Source of the DNA: Eledone cirrhosa
Lineage: Eukaryota
Assembly (NCBI GenBank): GCA_964016885.1
Contig: OZ024743.1
Location: 266,538,001-266,602,000 of the forward strand
Length of the DNA: 64,000 nt
Direction of reading: 5' to 3'
In this document: piece after piece, positions 1 to 12,799 of the stretch
Layout: every line of letters starts with the position of its first letter
Position numbering within the stretch: position 1 is the first letter of the stretch
Made by a program: the position numbers and the translations under genes
Notes under the pieces: model-generated
Seen by the model: the letters and a program-made list of their open reading frames with translations, nothing else
Databases searched by the model: none
What the model was told of the DNA's origin: nothing

Positions 1-1575
1 GTAGTGGTGTCGAACGCCAAACACATCGAGGCGATCAGCACTACACTAAGAGAATACGAAGAGGTGACAGGAGAAATGATCAACCAGGAAAAGTCAGTAA
101 GCCTGCAGCTCGGCACCTGGAGAGGCAGGTCCATGCCGTCCAACAGCGTCGTCGGGCGCTGGACGGACGAACCGATTAAATTGCTAGGGGTCTGGTTCGG
201 TCCGGACCTCCAGACGTACAAAAACTGGGACGAGGTCACGAGCAGGGTGGCTTCTCTCACCCAGAAATGGGCCGAGAGTAAGCTATCCCTGAAAGGTCGA
301 GCGGAGGTGGCTAACGCGTACATCGCGTCCGTCATCTACTACCGACTGACCGTCGTACCTTGTCACTGCGCTGGAGCGTTTGCTCTTTCGCTTTTTGTAG
401 AAGGGATGCGCTCCGATGGTCAGGCGGTCCATCTGCTGTCAACACCCGCTACGTGGAGGGCTGGGCATGCCGTGGCTGATGATGTGCAGACACGCGCTCA
501 GGCTACGACATTTCCACGTCTTCCTCGACGGTGATCAGGTGTGGTCGCCGTTTGCTAGACACGTCTTTCCCCAGCTCGTCTCCTTGACGGAGCTGCAGTC
601 CCGCGTAAAGCAAAGACCGAGAGGGAACGCTTGGAGACTGGAATGTCTTCAGGCGCTCACAGCCCTCGACCAATTGGGCAATGTGAACGGTGGAAACTCC
701 GCCTTGGCGTTCTATAGGGGATTAGTGGAGGGGAAGAGCGACGACGTACTAGGAAAAATTCAAGGCGTCGACGAAAATCAACTAGCCAATCTCTTAGGAA
801 GGACTTTCGGGCCGGGGCCTATGGACACCTTCCAAAAATCCCTGGTCTGGCAGTTCTACCGAGGAGCTTTGCCAGTTGGATAAACTCTACAGGCATGGAG
901 GTGCCGTCAGCCGGGCATGTCCGAGATGCGCGCAGGGCGACGAACGTCCTGCACGCACTCGTCCAGTGTCCGAGCATTGCTGACTTGTGTGTTTATGTCG
1001 AACACCTGCTGTCACGTGTAGGACGGATCCGGTTATCAGCTGAGGCCATCGTGAGGATTTCCCCGCCCTCTTACTTTAGCCGGGAAGGGCAGGCAGTTTT
1101 TATCTGTCTGGTGGCCATGGCGAAAGAGATAGTATGGTGGACACGTTTGAAAGGGCTGAAGACGAGCACTTACCTCTACGGTGATGCTCTGATTAACTTT
1201 TTCAAATCTCATTTGAAAAGGAAAATCAGAGTAGAGAGGGAAGTGCTCTCTTCCCAGCATTTTGTTGAAAGATGGGTGAGAGAAGAAAGTATGGCCCGAG
1301 TGAATGGGCCTACTCTGAGTATGTGTCTTTAAATTAAAGGTGGAAAACTGGGAGAGGGCACTTACCCTGGTGGTCGGGGTCACTGTGTACTTTTAATGGG
1401 CTTTCTCCACAAATGTCCCTCGGAAGACTCCCCCCTATTGGGCAATTTTTCATTGTTATATATTACATCCTCCATTTTTTTTACACGCAGAAATGCCCAT
1501 TTGTACCGTCCTGTATTGTCCTGTACTGTCCTTAATGTCTACTTTATGTAAACCCTTGTGGTTAATAAAGAAAAC
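1..1575 (+). mobile_element. Tx1/L1-clade LINE, 3' part of ORF2 (RT C-terminus + zinc knuckle), frameshifted, with 3' UTR
   Basis: ORFs 4-534, 416-883 and 895-1332 chain: IKLLGVWF, LSLKGRAEVANAYIASVIYY, GGLGMP, CPRC...HALVQCP; AATAAA at ~1564 then (TTA)n; runs off the window start. Confidence 0.85.
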
Positions 1576-1623
1576 ATTATTATTATTGTTATTATTATTA
1601 TTATTATTATTGTTATTGTTATT
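1576..1623 (+). repeat. (TTA)n microsatellite; 3' flank/target of the Dong-like element
   Basis: Direct reading; abuts the 3' UTR of the minus-strand RLE element. Confidence 0.9.
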
Positions 1624-4600
1624 CCTTGAATCTCAGTCATTGATGTTGGTTAACTGGAAAGTCCGTTGGATTGAATATCAAGCCACTACCTGCAGCCTCA
1701 GATATTCAGGACGTATCGGAGGGTTCTTGCCGTTCCAAGCAAGCATGCCTTTTGAAGCGTTCCAAAAAGCGTGAAGGGGCCGATTTTCTTTAACCATCCC
1801 TGGAAACCTTTGGAGATAGTCCCCAGTGCGCCTATGACAATCGGGACCACTTTGACTTCATGGCAGTTCCAAATCCTTTTCACCTCCCACTTTAGGTCCT
1901 GGTATCGGTTAATTTTCTCCCTCTCCTTCTCTTGCACTCTCGTGTCGAACGGGCAGGCCACATCCACAATCAGGCACGATCTTTTTTCTTTGTCCACAAC
2001 CACCAGGTCAGGTCTATTGTGTTCCAGTTTTTTGTCCGTCTGTATCCTAAAATCCCACAGCACCTACACCTGACTGTTCTCCATCACCGCCTCTGGCCTA
2101 TGCTCATACCATTTCTCAGAATGCGGTAGATTGTTTACTTTGCACAGGTGCCAGTGGATCACCCTGCCCATCACATCGTGTCTCCAGCCCTTATAGTGGG
2201 TCTGGGCTAGGTGTTTACACTCGGACACAATGTGAGCCACAGTCTCCTCTCTCTCTCCACAGATCCTGCACAGTGGGCTAGCCTCCTCCTTGTAGATATG
2301 GTGCTTCAACCACTTCGTTTTGAGGGCCTGCTCCTGCGCAGCCATTAGCATTCCTTCTGTAGCCTTTTTGAGGTCTCCTCTTCTCAACCAGTTCCATGTC
2401 TGTGGATCTCTAAATTCAGTTTTCTCAAAGAAGGTACTATGAAGGGATTTTCCCTTAAGGCTGCTCTTCCTCCTTGATGTTATTTCCTCCTTGGATATCC
2501 CCTGGCCTACTGTCCCCTCCTTCAGTACAGCTCTGAGCATTGGCTCCTTACTATAGGTCACGTATTTGTATAGGTTGTTTTTCTCCATCTGAACACAGTC
2601 CTCTATGCTGGTAAGACCTCTTCCACCCTCAGATCTCCTTAGGTAGAGTCTATCGACATCACTCCTCTTGTGGAACATGTTGTAGATAGTCAATAGCTTC
2701 CTAGTCTTCCTATCCATTTCTTTTTGTTCAGCAACATTCCATCTCAGAATTCCCGCACTGTACCTAATAATAGACACAGCTCGGGAATTTACTGCGCTTA
2801 TGGCATTTCTGCTGTTCAGATGTGACTTCAATACGCTCCTTACTCTCCGAATGTATTCAGTTCTTAACAATTCCTTCATTTTTTTGTTCTTTATGCCATC
2901 AGCCTCCAGAACGCCCAAATACTTGTATCCTTCCTCAGAGTCAATTTCCTTTATCATCTCACCTGTTGGTATCTGAATCCCGTTACTTCTGCTCAACCTA
3001 CCCCTCCTCATCACAATGACTCCACATTTACCAATACCAAACTGCATACATATATCACTGCTGAAAATACGGACAGTGTCAACAAGCACATCCAACTCCT
3101 TCTCACTTTTCCCGAAGAGCTTAAGATCGTCCATGAAGAGGAGGTGATTGATGGTAAGCTCTCCCCTTCCCAACTTGTATCCTGCTCTCACTTTTCGCAG
3201 CATAATGGTCAAGGGCATCAGGGCAAGGACAAACAACAGAGGGGACAGGCTATCTCCCTGGAAGATACCTCTCTTGATCTTCACGCTTCCCAAGGATACT
3301 CCAGTTGATGTCAACTCTGTCTCCCAGGACCCCATACTCCTGCCCAGCAACTGTCTGATGTTATCTGCCACCCTGAAGATCTCCAGGCTTTTGGTGATCC
3401 AGGAATGAGGCACCATGTCAAATGCCTTTCTGTAGTCTATCCATCCCATGGCAAGATCAGTGTGTCTCCTCCTGCAATTCCCCATTACCATCTTATCAAT
3501 AAGCAACTGGTCCTTTGTACCACGTGACTTCTTTCGGCATCCTTTCTGTTCGTCCGGCAACAAGTTGTTTGTGTGGAGGTGATGGTAGATTTCCTCAGAC
3601 ACAGTTTCCACATTACGGGCAGACATGTGATAGGTCTATAGTTGGTAACATCATTACCCTTGATTCGGTCTTTCATTATCAGAACTGTGGTACCTTTTGT
3701 CAACCACTCTGGCACCTCACCCGACACCAAGCAGTCATTGAACATGGCCGTCAGCTTCGGGTGGAGGGATGTTAAATGTTTAATCCAATACCCCTGCACA
3801 CCATCTGGGCCTGGTGATTTCCAGTTGGTTAGTTTTTTGGCTTGCCCCTTAAGAGTTTCAACTGTGATACTCAAATCAGTCTGTTGCTGTGCCTGCTCAC
3901 CGATCTCCCTCTGTACTGTCTCAATCCACCCTGCCTGGGCATTGTGTCTAACATCCTGCTCCCATATTCCTCTCCAGAATGTTTTAGCTTGTTCCGCCCC
4001 AGGGATCAAGTCGTTGCCTCTTTCTTTCCCCTCAAGCTGTCCAAACAGCATCTTCTGGTTGTTGTCGAACATGCGGTTCTGTTTATACTGACTGACTCTG
4101 TTCTCGTATCGCCTGATTTTGGCACTCTTTGCTACAATGCGTTGCTTCAATTCCTCTATGATAATATTTAGCTTTTTACTCCTAGTTTTGTATTTTATTT
4201 CCAGTCTATTTTTAGTGCCTATGTTTTTTAGTGTCCCATTCAGTAGTGACTCAAGCTTTCCTATGTCATTTCTCATTTCCTCGATTTGCCCACTCAGTCG
4301 CTTCTTCCACCACGGCTCTGCTCTTTCTTGTCTGTTGTTTCCTCTCGCTTTTATACCAAGTAGTTTCCTCACCGTATTTGCTGTTGCTTTGAGGATATTG
4401 TTGCACTGGTGAAGACTCCTCGCCTCAAGGTATGGGATGACTTTGTTTACCTTAGCTGTTGTTTCTTTTAACTTTTTCCTGTCTACAAATCTTAGGTTCA
4501 TAGGTCTCCCACTATCATTGTTCAACTCATCTACCACTAAATTTAGGATGTCAACCGAATCTTGTCCTAGCCCGTCAGCATTCATCTCCTCAGTGGCCGT

Positions 4601-5145
4601 ATCTCTGTTCCAGGTATTATTTATCTCAGTATTCAGATCATTGTCTGCTTCGGGTGGTTCCTCCGTTCTCAGGACCTCCTCACCTTCATTTCCCGCCGGC
4701 TCGCTTGTCTGGCATACTACACCCGCCATCTCCAAGCCATTCTCTCTGCTCAGTTCCTCCAGTTCCAGCTCGCTTATCCACCCATTAGTTCTTATTACCC
4801 GAGCCTGCCCGGCCAATTTTTGTTCATCTAATTTAAATAAACCAATCCCGTTCCAGATGTTATGCATCCGTCTCCTGTAGCCCCTCTCCTTGGGGTTACT
4901 TTTCAGGTAGCATTGCATAACAGTTCTATTCAATTCTTTCGTCCAGTTGGTTCTGTCCCCTTTCCTTCTTCTTCTTCCTCCAACATCAGCAGTATTTGGT
5001 TGACAGTCAGGTTCCTGCTGCTGAGCCAGGGGGCACCTGTTGGGTGAGAGTCTGTCACATGACGTTCTAGTCTCCATTTCACCGTTATTCGAACTGTTTA
5101 TGTTCGATATTTAAACACTCTTATCGAGGATTGGCGAATGTATGT
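1624..5145 (-). mobile_element. R4/Dong-type non-LTR retrotransposon (RT + CCHC + PD-(D/E)xK restriction-like endonuclease), near full length; 5' boundary uncertain (may reach 6456)
   Basis: [64 protein letters not shown]; short 3' UTR ending in (TAA)n. Confidence 0.92.
1698..5077 (-). pseudogene. RT-RLE polyprotein (~1100 aa) broken by a frameshifting deletion near 3600 and one in-frame TAG at 2064-2066
   Basis: ORFs 3485-5077, 2064-3626 and 1698-2063 are consecutive parts of one protein ([14 protein letters not shown] / SEEIYHHL; VMENSQV*VLWDFRIQTD). Confidence 0.9.
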
Positions 5146-5650
5146 TTACATAGCCATATGTGGATCCGCCATCCCACTTGGCCCTTGTGTGGCATTATCA
5201 CCACGCTGTATACGGACACACATAAACAAACAAACACACGGGCAGAAAGGGCCCCAAAAATGAATAAGCATAAGTTTCATTGTAATGTAGTATTCGAATG
5301 TCTGACTTAGTTTTTGTTTGTTAAGTTTTACTTTTTCCCCCCTCTTTTCTGTCCGTCCGCCTGCTTCTCTCTTCATTCTTATTTTCTTTACGTTTTTGGG
5401 GTGTCTTTTTTTGTTTTTGTTTTTCTCTGTTTGTTTTTCTCGTTTTTTGCTGTTGTTGCTGTGCTGCTTTTGTTGTTTGTTTTTTCTTTTTTCTTTTGAG
5501 TCTATCTATATATTTTGATGCCTTCCTCTTTGTTAGTAGTAGGAATTCTATAATGTGGAAGTGGCAGCCAGCAGAGACTGGCGGCGTTGGCGATACTGAG
5601 ACAGTGGTGGTGGTGATGTCGATACCGAGGCAGTGGTGGCGGTGATGCGA

Positions 5651-6290
5651 CCGTATTACTGTAGTGATGGCGCTGTAGCGGTGGCAGCAGCAGTGAAGGA
5701 GTCAAGGGGTGGTGGCGGCGGTGATGGGATAGTGGTGGTAATGATGGCCGTAGTGAGCGGTGGCGGTGAAGGTGAAAATGCTGTTGTGTTTAGTGTACAC
5801 AGATGATGTGGTGGGTGGTGTATCTAGTTTCTGGTGTTGGTGAGTTTCGCTGTCCTATATAGTGTAGCCAGAGGAGAGGAGGGGGGGGTTCTTCTTCTTC
5901 CATTTATAGCCATTTTATTTTTTTTGGATATACAGTGTACAATACAAAGTTGAATATTTGAATATTTGAGCCGTATTACTGTAGTGATGGTGCTGTAGCG
6001 GTGGCAGCAGCAGTGAAGGAGTCAAGGGGTGGTGGCGGCGGTGATGGGATAGTGGCGGTAATGATGGCCGTAGTGAGCGGTGGCGGTGAAGGTGAAAATG
6101 CTGTTGTGTTTAGTGTACACAGATGATGGGGTGGGTGGTGTATCTAGTTTCTGGTGTTGGTGAGTTTAGCTGTCCTATATAGTGTAGCCAGAGGAGAGGA
6201 GGGGGGGGGGTTCTTCTTCTCCCATTTATAGCCATTTTTTTTTGGATATACAGTGTACAATACAAAGTTGAATATTTGAATATTTGAGCC
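5651..6290 (+). repeat. Tandem direct duplication, 320 bp unit, GGT/GGC-rich
   Basis: ccgtattactgtagtgatgg starts at 5651 and 5971; both copies end in gaatatttgaatatttgagcc. Confidence 0.95.
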
Positions 6291-6456
6291 TTATAACAAT
6301 ATATTTTGGGTCCGAATTTTTTTGGGGCTCAAGCCGGGTGCTTTACGTAGCATTTGTACTAAGAGTTGTTATCTCACAAATGATTTAAATATGTTAAAAA
6401 TTCAAAACTTACGGGAGCGATTTCATGACCTCCGTCACCTCGTGCGTCTTCTTCCC

Positions 6457-6509
<53 letters not shown>
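6457..6509 (+). repeat. (TTA)n microsatellite
   Basis: Direct reading. Confidence 0.95.
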
Positions 6510-7055
6510 GGTGTTTTGTCTTTGTGTATTCTTATATTTATGGTTATATTGATCCTTATTATGATGTTTCAATCCAGATTTTTTCATTACCATATTATAT
6601 GATTTTATATTACGTGGCCTACGCGCATTTACACAACCGTTTATATAATTTATCAGTGTGGTCGTACCGAAATAAAGCATCGTTATTATATGATGCAGTT
6701 TCGTTAAAAATAGTTTCGTTATAAGATAAGATGCTAACTCTATTAGATATACCTTTAAACATTGAGATAACTATTGCTTTAGAGTGGTTTGATTTCTTAT
6801 CAATGTAGAAGAGTTGCTCGCCTGGTTTATGATATGGTATGTAAGTGCTTGTTTAGATATCTAGAGTTATATATAAGAAGTTAACTATTTTACTATTTAC
6901 GTTTGCAAGTATAGCTTTTGAAGAATGTATGCAAGTCCTTTCTAGTTCTTTCTATGTTGTGTTTTTAAAATCTAAAGCAAAAAGAGAACCATCTCGGTAT
7001 AATCCACCCTTTTAGTATAGGAAATGATACATATCTTTATATACTGACACAGTGA

Positions 7056-8653
<1,598 letters not shown>

Positions 8654-8671
8654 TATATATATATATATATA

Positions 8672-9105
8672 TATATCATAAATCATGTCCTTAGAATTAT
8701 TAAATAAAATATATACCATTTCCTCTCCCGTACACGTTTCTTCTAAGTATAAATTTACACCTAATTGTGTATTGTTGAAGATATATTTAGTCAGTTTCCC
8801 CACGCTGTTGAAATGTTGCGTAAATACTCTATTGTGGTCATCGCGAAGAGGCCGCTTTTGGTTATTTATCAAATATTTCTTCATAGGAGCCTTTATTCTT
8901 ATAGCCTGGTCTAATTGATTTTTTATATGGTTAATTATGCTAATTGGGAGAGGAAATGGTATATATTTTATCTAATAATTCTAAGGACATGATTTATGAT
9001 ATATTGCTCTGATTATTTAATTTATTAATTCTTCATTGAGCCACAACGTGACCGGTTGCCACATATATATGTGTGACTTTATTTATATGTAAATCTTTAT
9101 ATTTA
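8672..9105 (+). mobile_element. Family D non-coding unit, 5'-truncated, with a ~55 bp inverted 5' segment
   Basis: 8677-8730 is the reverse complement of ~8947-9000; body homologous to 28932-29650, 33373-33965 and 53515-54140. Confidence 0.75.
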
Positions 9106-9580
9106 TAAACGGAAAAAATGAAACGAAATTTCATTTCCCACTCTTACATTTATATTTATACATACTTATATTTATATATATATATATATAAATATGCAAA
9201 TTGGGCTACTCAGCCGTTAATATGCATAAGGTAAGTATATACGTTCAACAATCTGGCAGGAAGGTATACGTTGCTGACGATAGCTAACAAGCTTGAAACT
9301 AGTACAGCGTTCCTTTGTCAGTGTTGAACAAACAAGCAACGGTGGTTGCTAGACACTACGGCTTAATACGGGATGTTTGTTTACAAACACACCGAGCATT
9401 GTAATAAATATTCGGTGAATCCATACGTGCATATATATATGTGTGCATGTATGTATATATATATATACATACTACTGTACGTCGGTATACATATATGTAT
9501 GTACGTGTACATACTTATATTTAAGTAACAGCCGTACTAAGAGTGGGAAATGAAATATCGTTTCATTTTTTCCGTTTATA
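9106..9580 (+). mobile_element. Family B non-coding HHR element with inverted 5' segment
   Basis: taaacggaaaaaatgaaacgaaatttcatttcccactctta is inverted relative to 9537-9578; homologous to 26431-27185. Confidence 0.8.
9268..9310 (+). ncRNA. Minimal type I hammerhead ribozyme
   Basis: acgttg-CTGACGA-t-agc taacaa gct-t-GAAA-CTAG-TA-cagcgt; palindromic stem III ACTAGT. Confidence 0.85.
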
Positions 9581-10166
9581 TATATATATATATATATCTA
9601 TATATATAAAACTTAATTAAGATGAAAGTCACTGTTGCAGCATATATATAAGTTTTATTAGCATATTACAATCGTTTCATTATCGAGCTGCTCAAGGTAC
9701 AATCATAATAACATAGAATGCTTCGAACGGCGTACCGCTTTCGCTTGTAACTGTAGGTTCACAACTATCTGACACACACACTCACATACGCACACACACA
9801 CACTCGCACACACATACACACACACACACACACAAAAACAGACGCACACACGCATGCATACACACGCACGCACGCACGCACACGCAGACGCATACACACT
9901 CACGCACGCACACACACACACACACACACACATATACATAAATATATGTGTATATATATACATATAGGCGTAGGCATATACTTCAGATGTACACTTAACA
10001 ATAGGCGTCTTCAAACATATGTAGCAATGCATTAAATTGCTATATATTGACACGTTCACAATTCATATATATATTTATGGGGGAGGGGGGGGTTATGTGT
10101 GCGTACTCTCACTCTTTCAATCTTTCTCTCTCACTCTTTCTCTCTTTTTTCTCTCTCTTTATATAT

Positions 10167-10354
10167 ATAGGAACAAGTAGGACCCCGACGGGTCAGCACA
10201 AGCCGTTTCGACGGCTAATTCTGGACTGAATTAGCCGTCGAAACGGCTTGAGCTCAGCCGTCGGGGTCCTACTTGTTCCTATTCCCTACTCTACTAGTAT
10301 TGAGTACTTTGGTGCGTTATGGTCCATCTGGTTTCTTACCACATTTCCTTCGTT
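10167..10354 (+). mobile_element. Fold-back fragment containing the 3' half of an HHR
   Basis: Inverted repeat 10167-10282 centred on gacggctaattc-tggact-gaattagccgtc, followed by GAAA-CGGC...GCCG-TC-ggggtcc. Confidence 0.7.
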
Positions 10355-10705
10355 ATATATATATATATATATAAGTGCAGTGTAATAGGTGACGAATAAT
10401 TTCGACTCCAATTTGCACAACGCTATTTATGCGTTAGAAGGTAATAATACACAATTAACACGTATTCCTCGGACGATATCCATGCTCAAGTTGAAAACAC
10501 AATATCACCATTTGCCAATATGGTGATATGATTGCTATTCCGAAACAGGTGCATAAAATTGCCTTAGATGTATACGTTAACTGTAAATTACCTTGTAACG
10601 CATAACTCACGCTGTGAAACTTGAAGCAGTAATAATTTGACACTCTTACTCTATACTTCATACACATCCCATACATATAAGTATATATATATACATACAT
10701 ATATA

Positions 10706-10802
<97 letters not shown>

Positions 10803-11275
10803 GTCTATGTGTATGTGAGAGAGATATATATTTATATATATATATATAAAAATATATATATATACATATATATGAAAGACGTAAAATAAGAAAATTTTAA
10901 AAATTAACTTACTAAAATGTTCACTCCAACTAATGTAAGGGAATAAATATAGTTACGTAACGCAACTATAGAGAAGTCTTTACGTGGTCAGTGGCAAATT
11001 CTAAAGAATCAATCACGTGACACTGAGGTTAATCAGTGAGGAGTTGGGTGGTACATCTGTATACATATGTTGGTAGATATACTACCCCACTCCTCACTGA
11101 TTAACCTCAGTGTCACGTGATTGATTCTTTAGAATTTGCCACTGACCAAGTAGGCAGTGAATTTGTTCAGTGCCCTGGAATTTAGTCCCCGCTAGCTTTA
11201 TTCCATCCACTGAATTATTATTTTTATATGGGTTCCTAGTGTCCGCGCATTGCTTGGGAACCTAGCTGAGAATAG

Positions 11276-11357
11276 ACTCCCTGATGACGTAAGGACTTCT
11301 CTATAGTTGCGTTACGTAACTATATTTATTCCCTTAGAGAATCTAATTAGTTGGAGT
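11276..11357 (+). ncRNA. Variant type I hammerhead-like motif (GTAA in place of GAAA, extended stem III)
   Basis: actcc-CTGATGA-c-gtaa...ttac-GTAA-cta...tag-TT-ggagt. Confidence 0.6.
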
Positions 11358-11808
11358 GAAAATTTTAGTAAGTAAATTAATTTTTAAAATTTTCTTATTT
11401 TACGTCTTTCATATAATTGTGCTGCATCCCCCTGCATAGAACCACAAAGGTACTAAGACATAATATATATATTTGCTAGCATGGGCGTACATCTGTATAC
11501 ATATGTTGGTAGATATACTTATTCTCTATATTTAACTCCAAATTATCTTTTGAGCAAAACTTGCTGAAATTTACTGCTATGGTTCATGGTAGTAGTTAGG
11601 CTCTTGTCATAATACCACCCCACTCCTCACTGATTAACCACAGTGTCACATGATTGACTCTTTAGAATTTGCCACTGACCAAGTAGGCAGTGAATTTTTT
11701 CTGTGCCCTGGAATTTAGTCCCCGCTAGCTTTATTCCATCCACTGAATTATTATTTTTATATGGGTTCCTAGTGTCCGCGCTTTGCCTGGGAACCTAGCT
11801 GAGAATAG

Positions 11809-11890
11809 ACCCCCTGATGACGTAAGGACTTCTCTATAGTTGCGTTACGTAACTATATTTATTCTCTTACAGAAACTAATTAGTTGGAGT
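11809..11890 (+). ncRNA. Second copy of the family C hammerhead-like motif
   Basis: acccc-CTGATGA-cgtaa...ttac-GTAA-cta...tag-TT-ggagt. Confidence 0.55.
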
Positions 11891-12561
11891 GAAAATTTTA
11901 GTAAGTAAGTTAATTTTTTTAATTTTCTTATTTTACGTCTTTCATATACTTGTTCTGCATCCCCCTGCATAGAACCACAAAGGTATTAAGACATAACATA
12001 TATATTTGCTAGCATGGGTGTACATCTGTATACATATGTTGGTAGATATACTAATTCTCTATATATACATATATATATATATATACATAAATATATGTAT
12101 AAAATATATCTCTCTCACATACACATAGACCCACAGATACACAGACACGAATTTTTCCTTAATTGGTAACAGTTGCTTTGATTAAGAGAAGTGTGCTGTA
12201 TTACTGAAAGAGCACTCGACGTCATGTAGGGTTTTCGATTTTGATATGCTACGCTATGGTGATTGATATATTTGATAATTGTTTAATTACTTAATAGCCA
12301 TGATGAATATTTCTGTTATGAGAGGCCTACTTCGTCATATCAACATCAGGATTTGTTTGTATCTGTCTCCGTATGACTACACATCGATGTTTTGCATATG
12401 GACTACATATCGATTGCCTTGTGACACCTGAATCTGACGTTACATGTATTACCTCGTTGTATCATGATGTAGCTGTCTCGCGTCAAAAATATGAATCATA
12501 GCTATTGTTTAATTTTCAAATCATGAAATCTATCACTTGTGTTGTCTTATTGATACACACA

Positions 12562-12649
<88 letters not shown>

Positions 12650-12799
12650 TACGCGCACACGCACACACACACACATATACACACACACAGATCAGGGATA
12701 TTCAGCATAATACAGTAGACACATATCACGGTTAACGACTGTCAATTAGTGAAAAAAAATAAACAATCACCATTTAAGAATCAATAAACAGTTATTTTC

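Larger units (their letters stand above)
10872..12062 (+). mobile_element. Family C non-coding partial tandem (533 bp unit, two HHR-like motifs) with two inverted 5' segments
   Basis: CTGATGA at 11281 and 11814; 10872-10985 and 10986-11050 are reverse complements of downstream parts; flanked by (TA)n. Confidence 0.85.

Noticed and set aside
1771-5047. Plus-strand ORFs overlapping the Dong-like element
   Set aside because: Antisense shadows of the minus-strand RT ORF with no motifs
5100-5220. HDV-like ribozyme in the Dong-like 5' UTR
   Set aside because: A GGCGGAT/ATTCGCC helix exists on the minus strand but I could not build P3, P1.1 and P2
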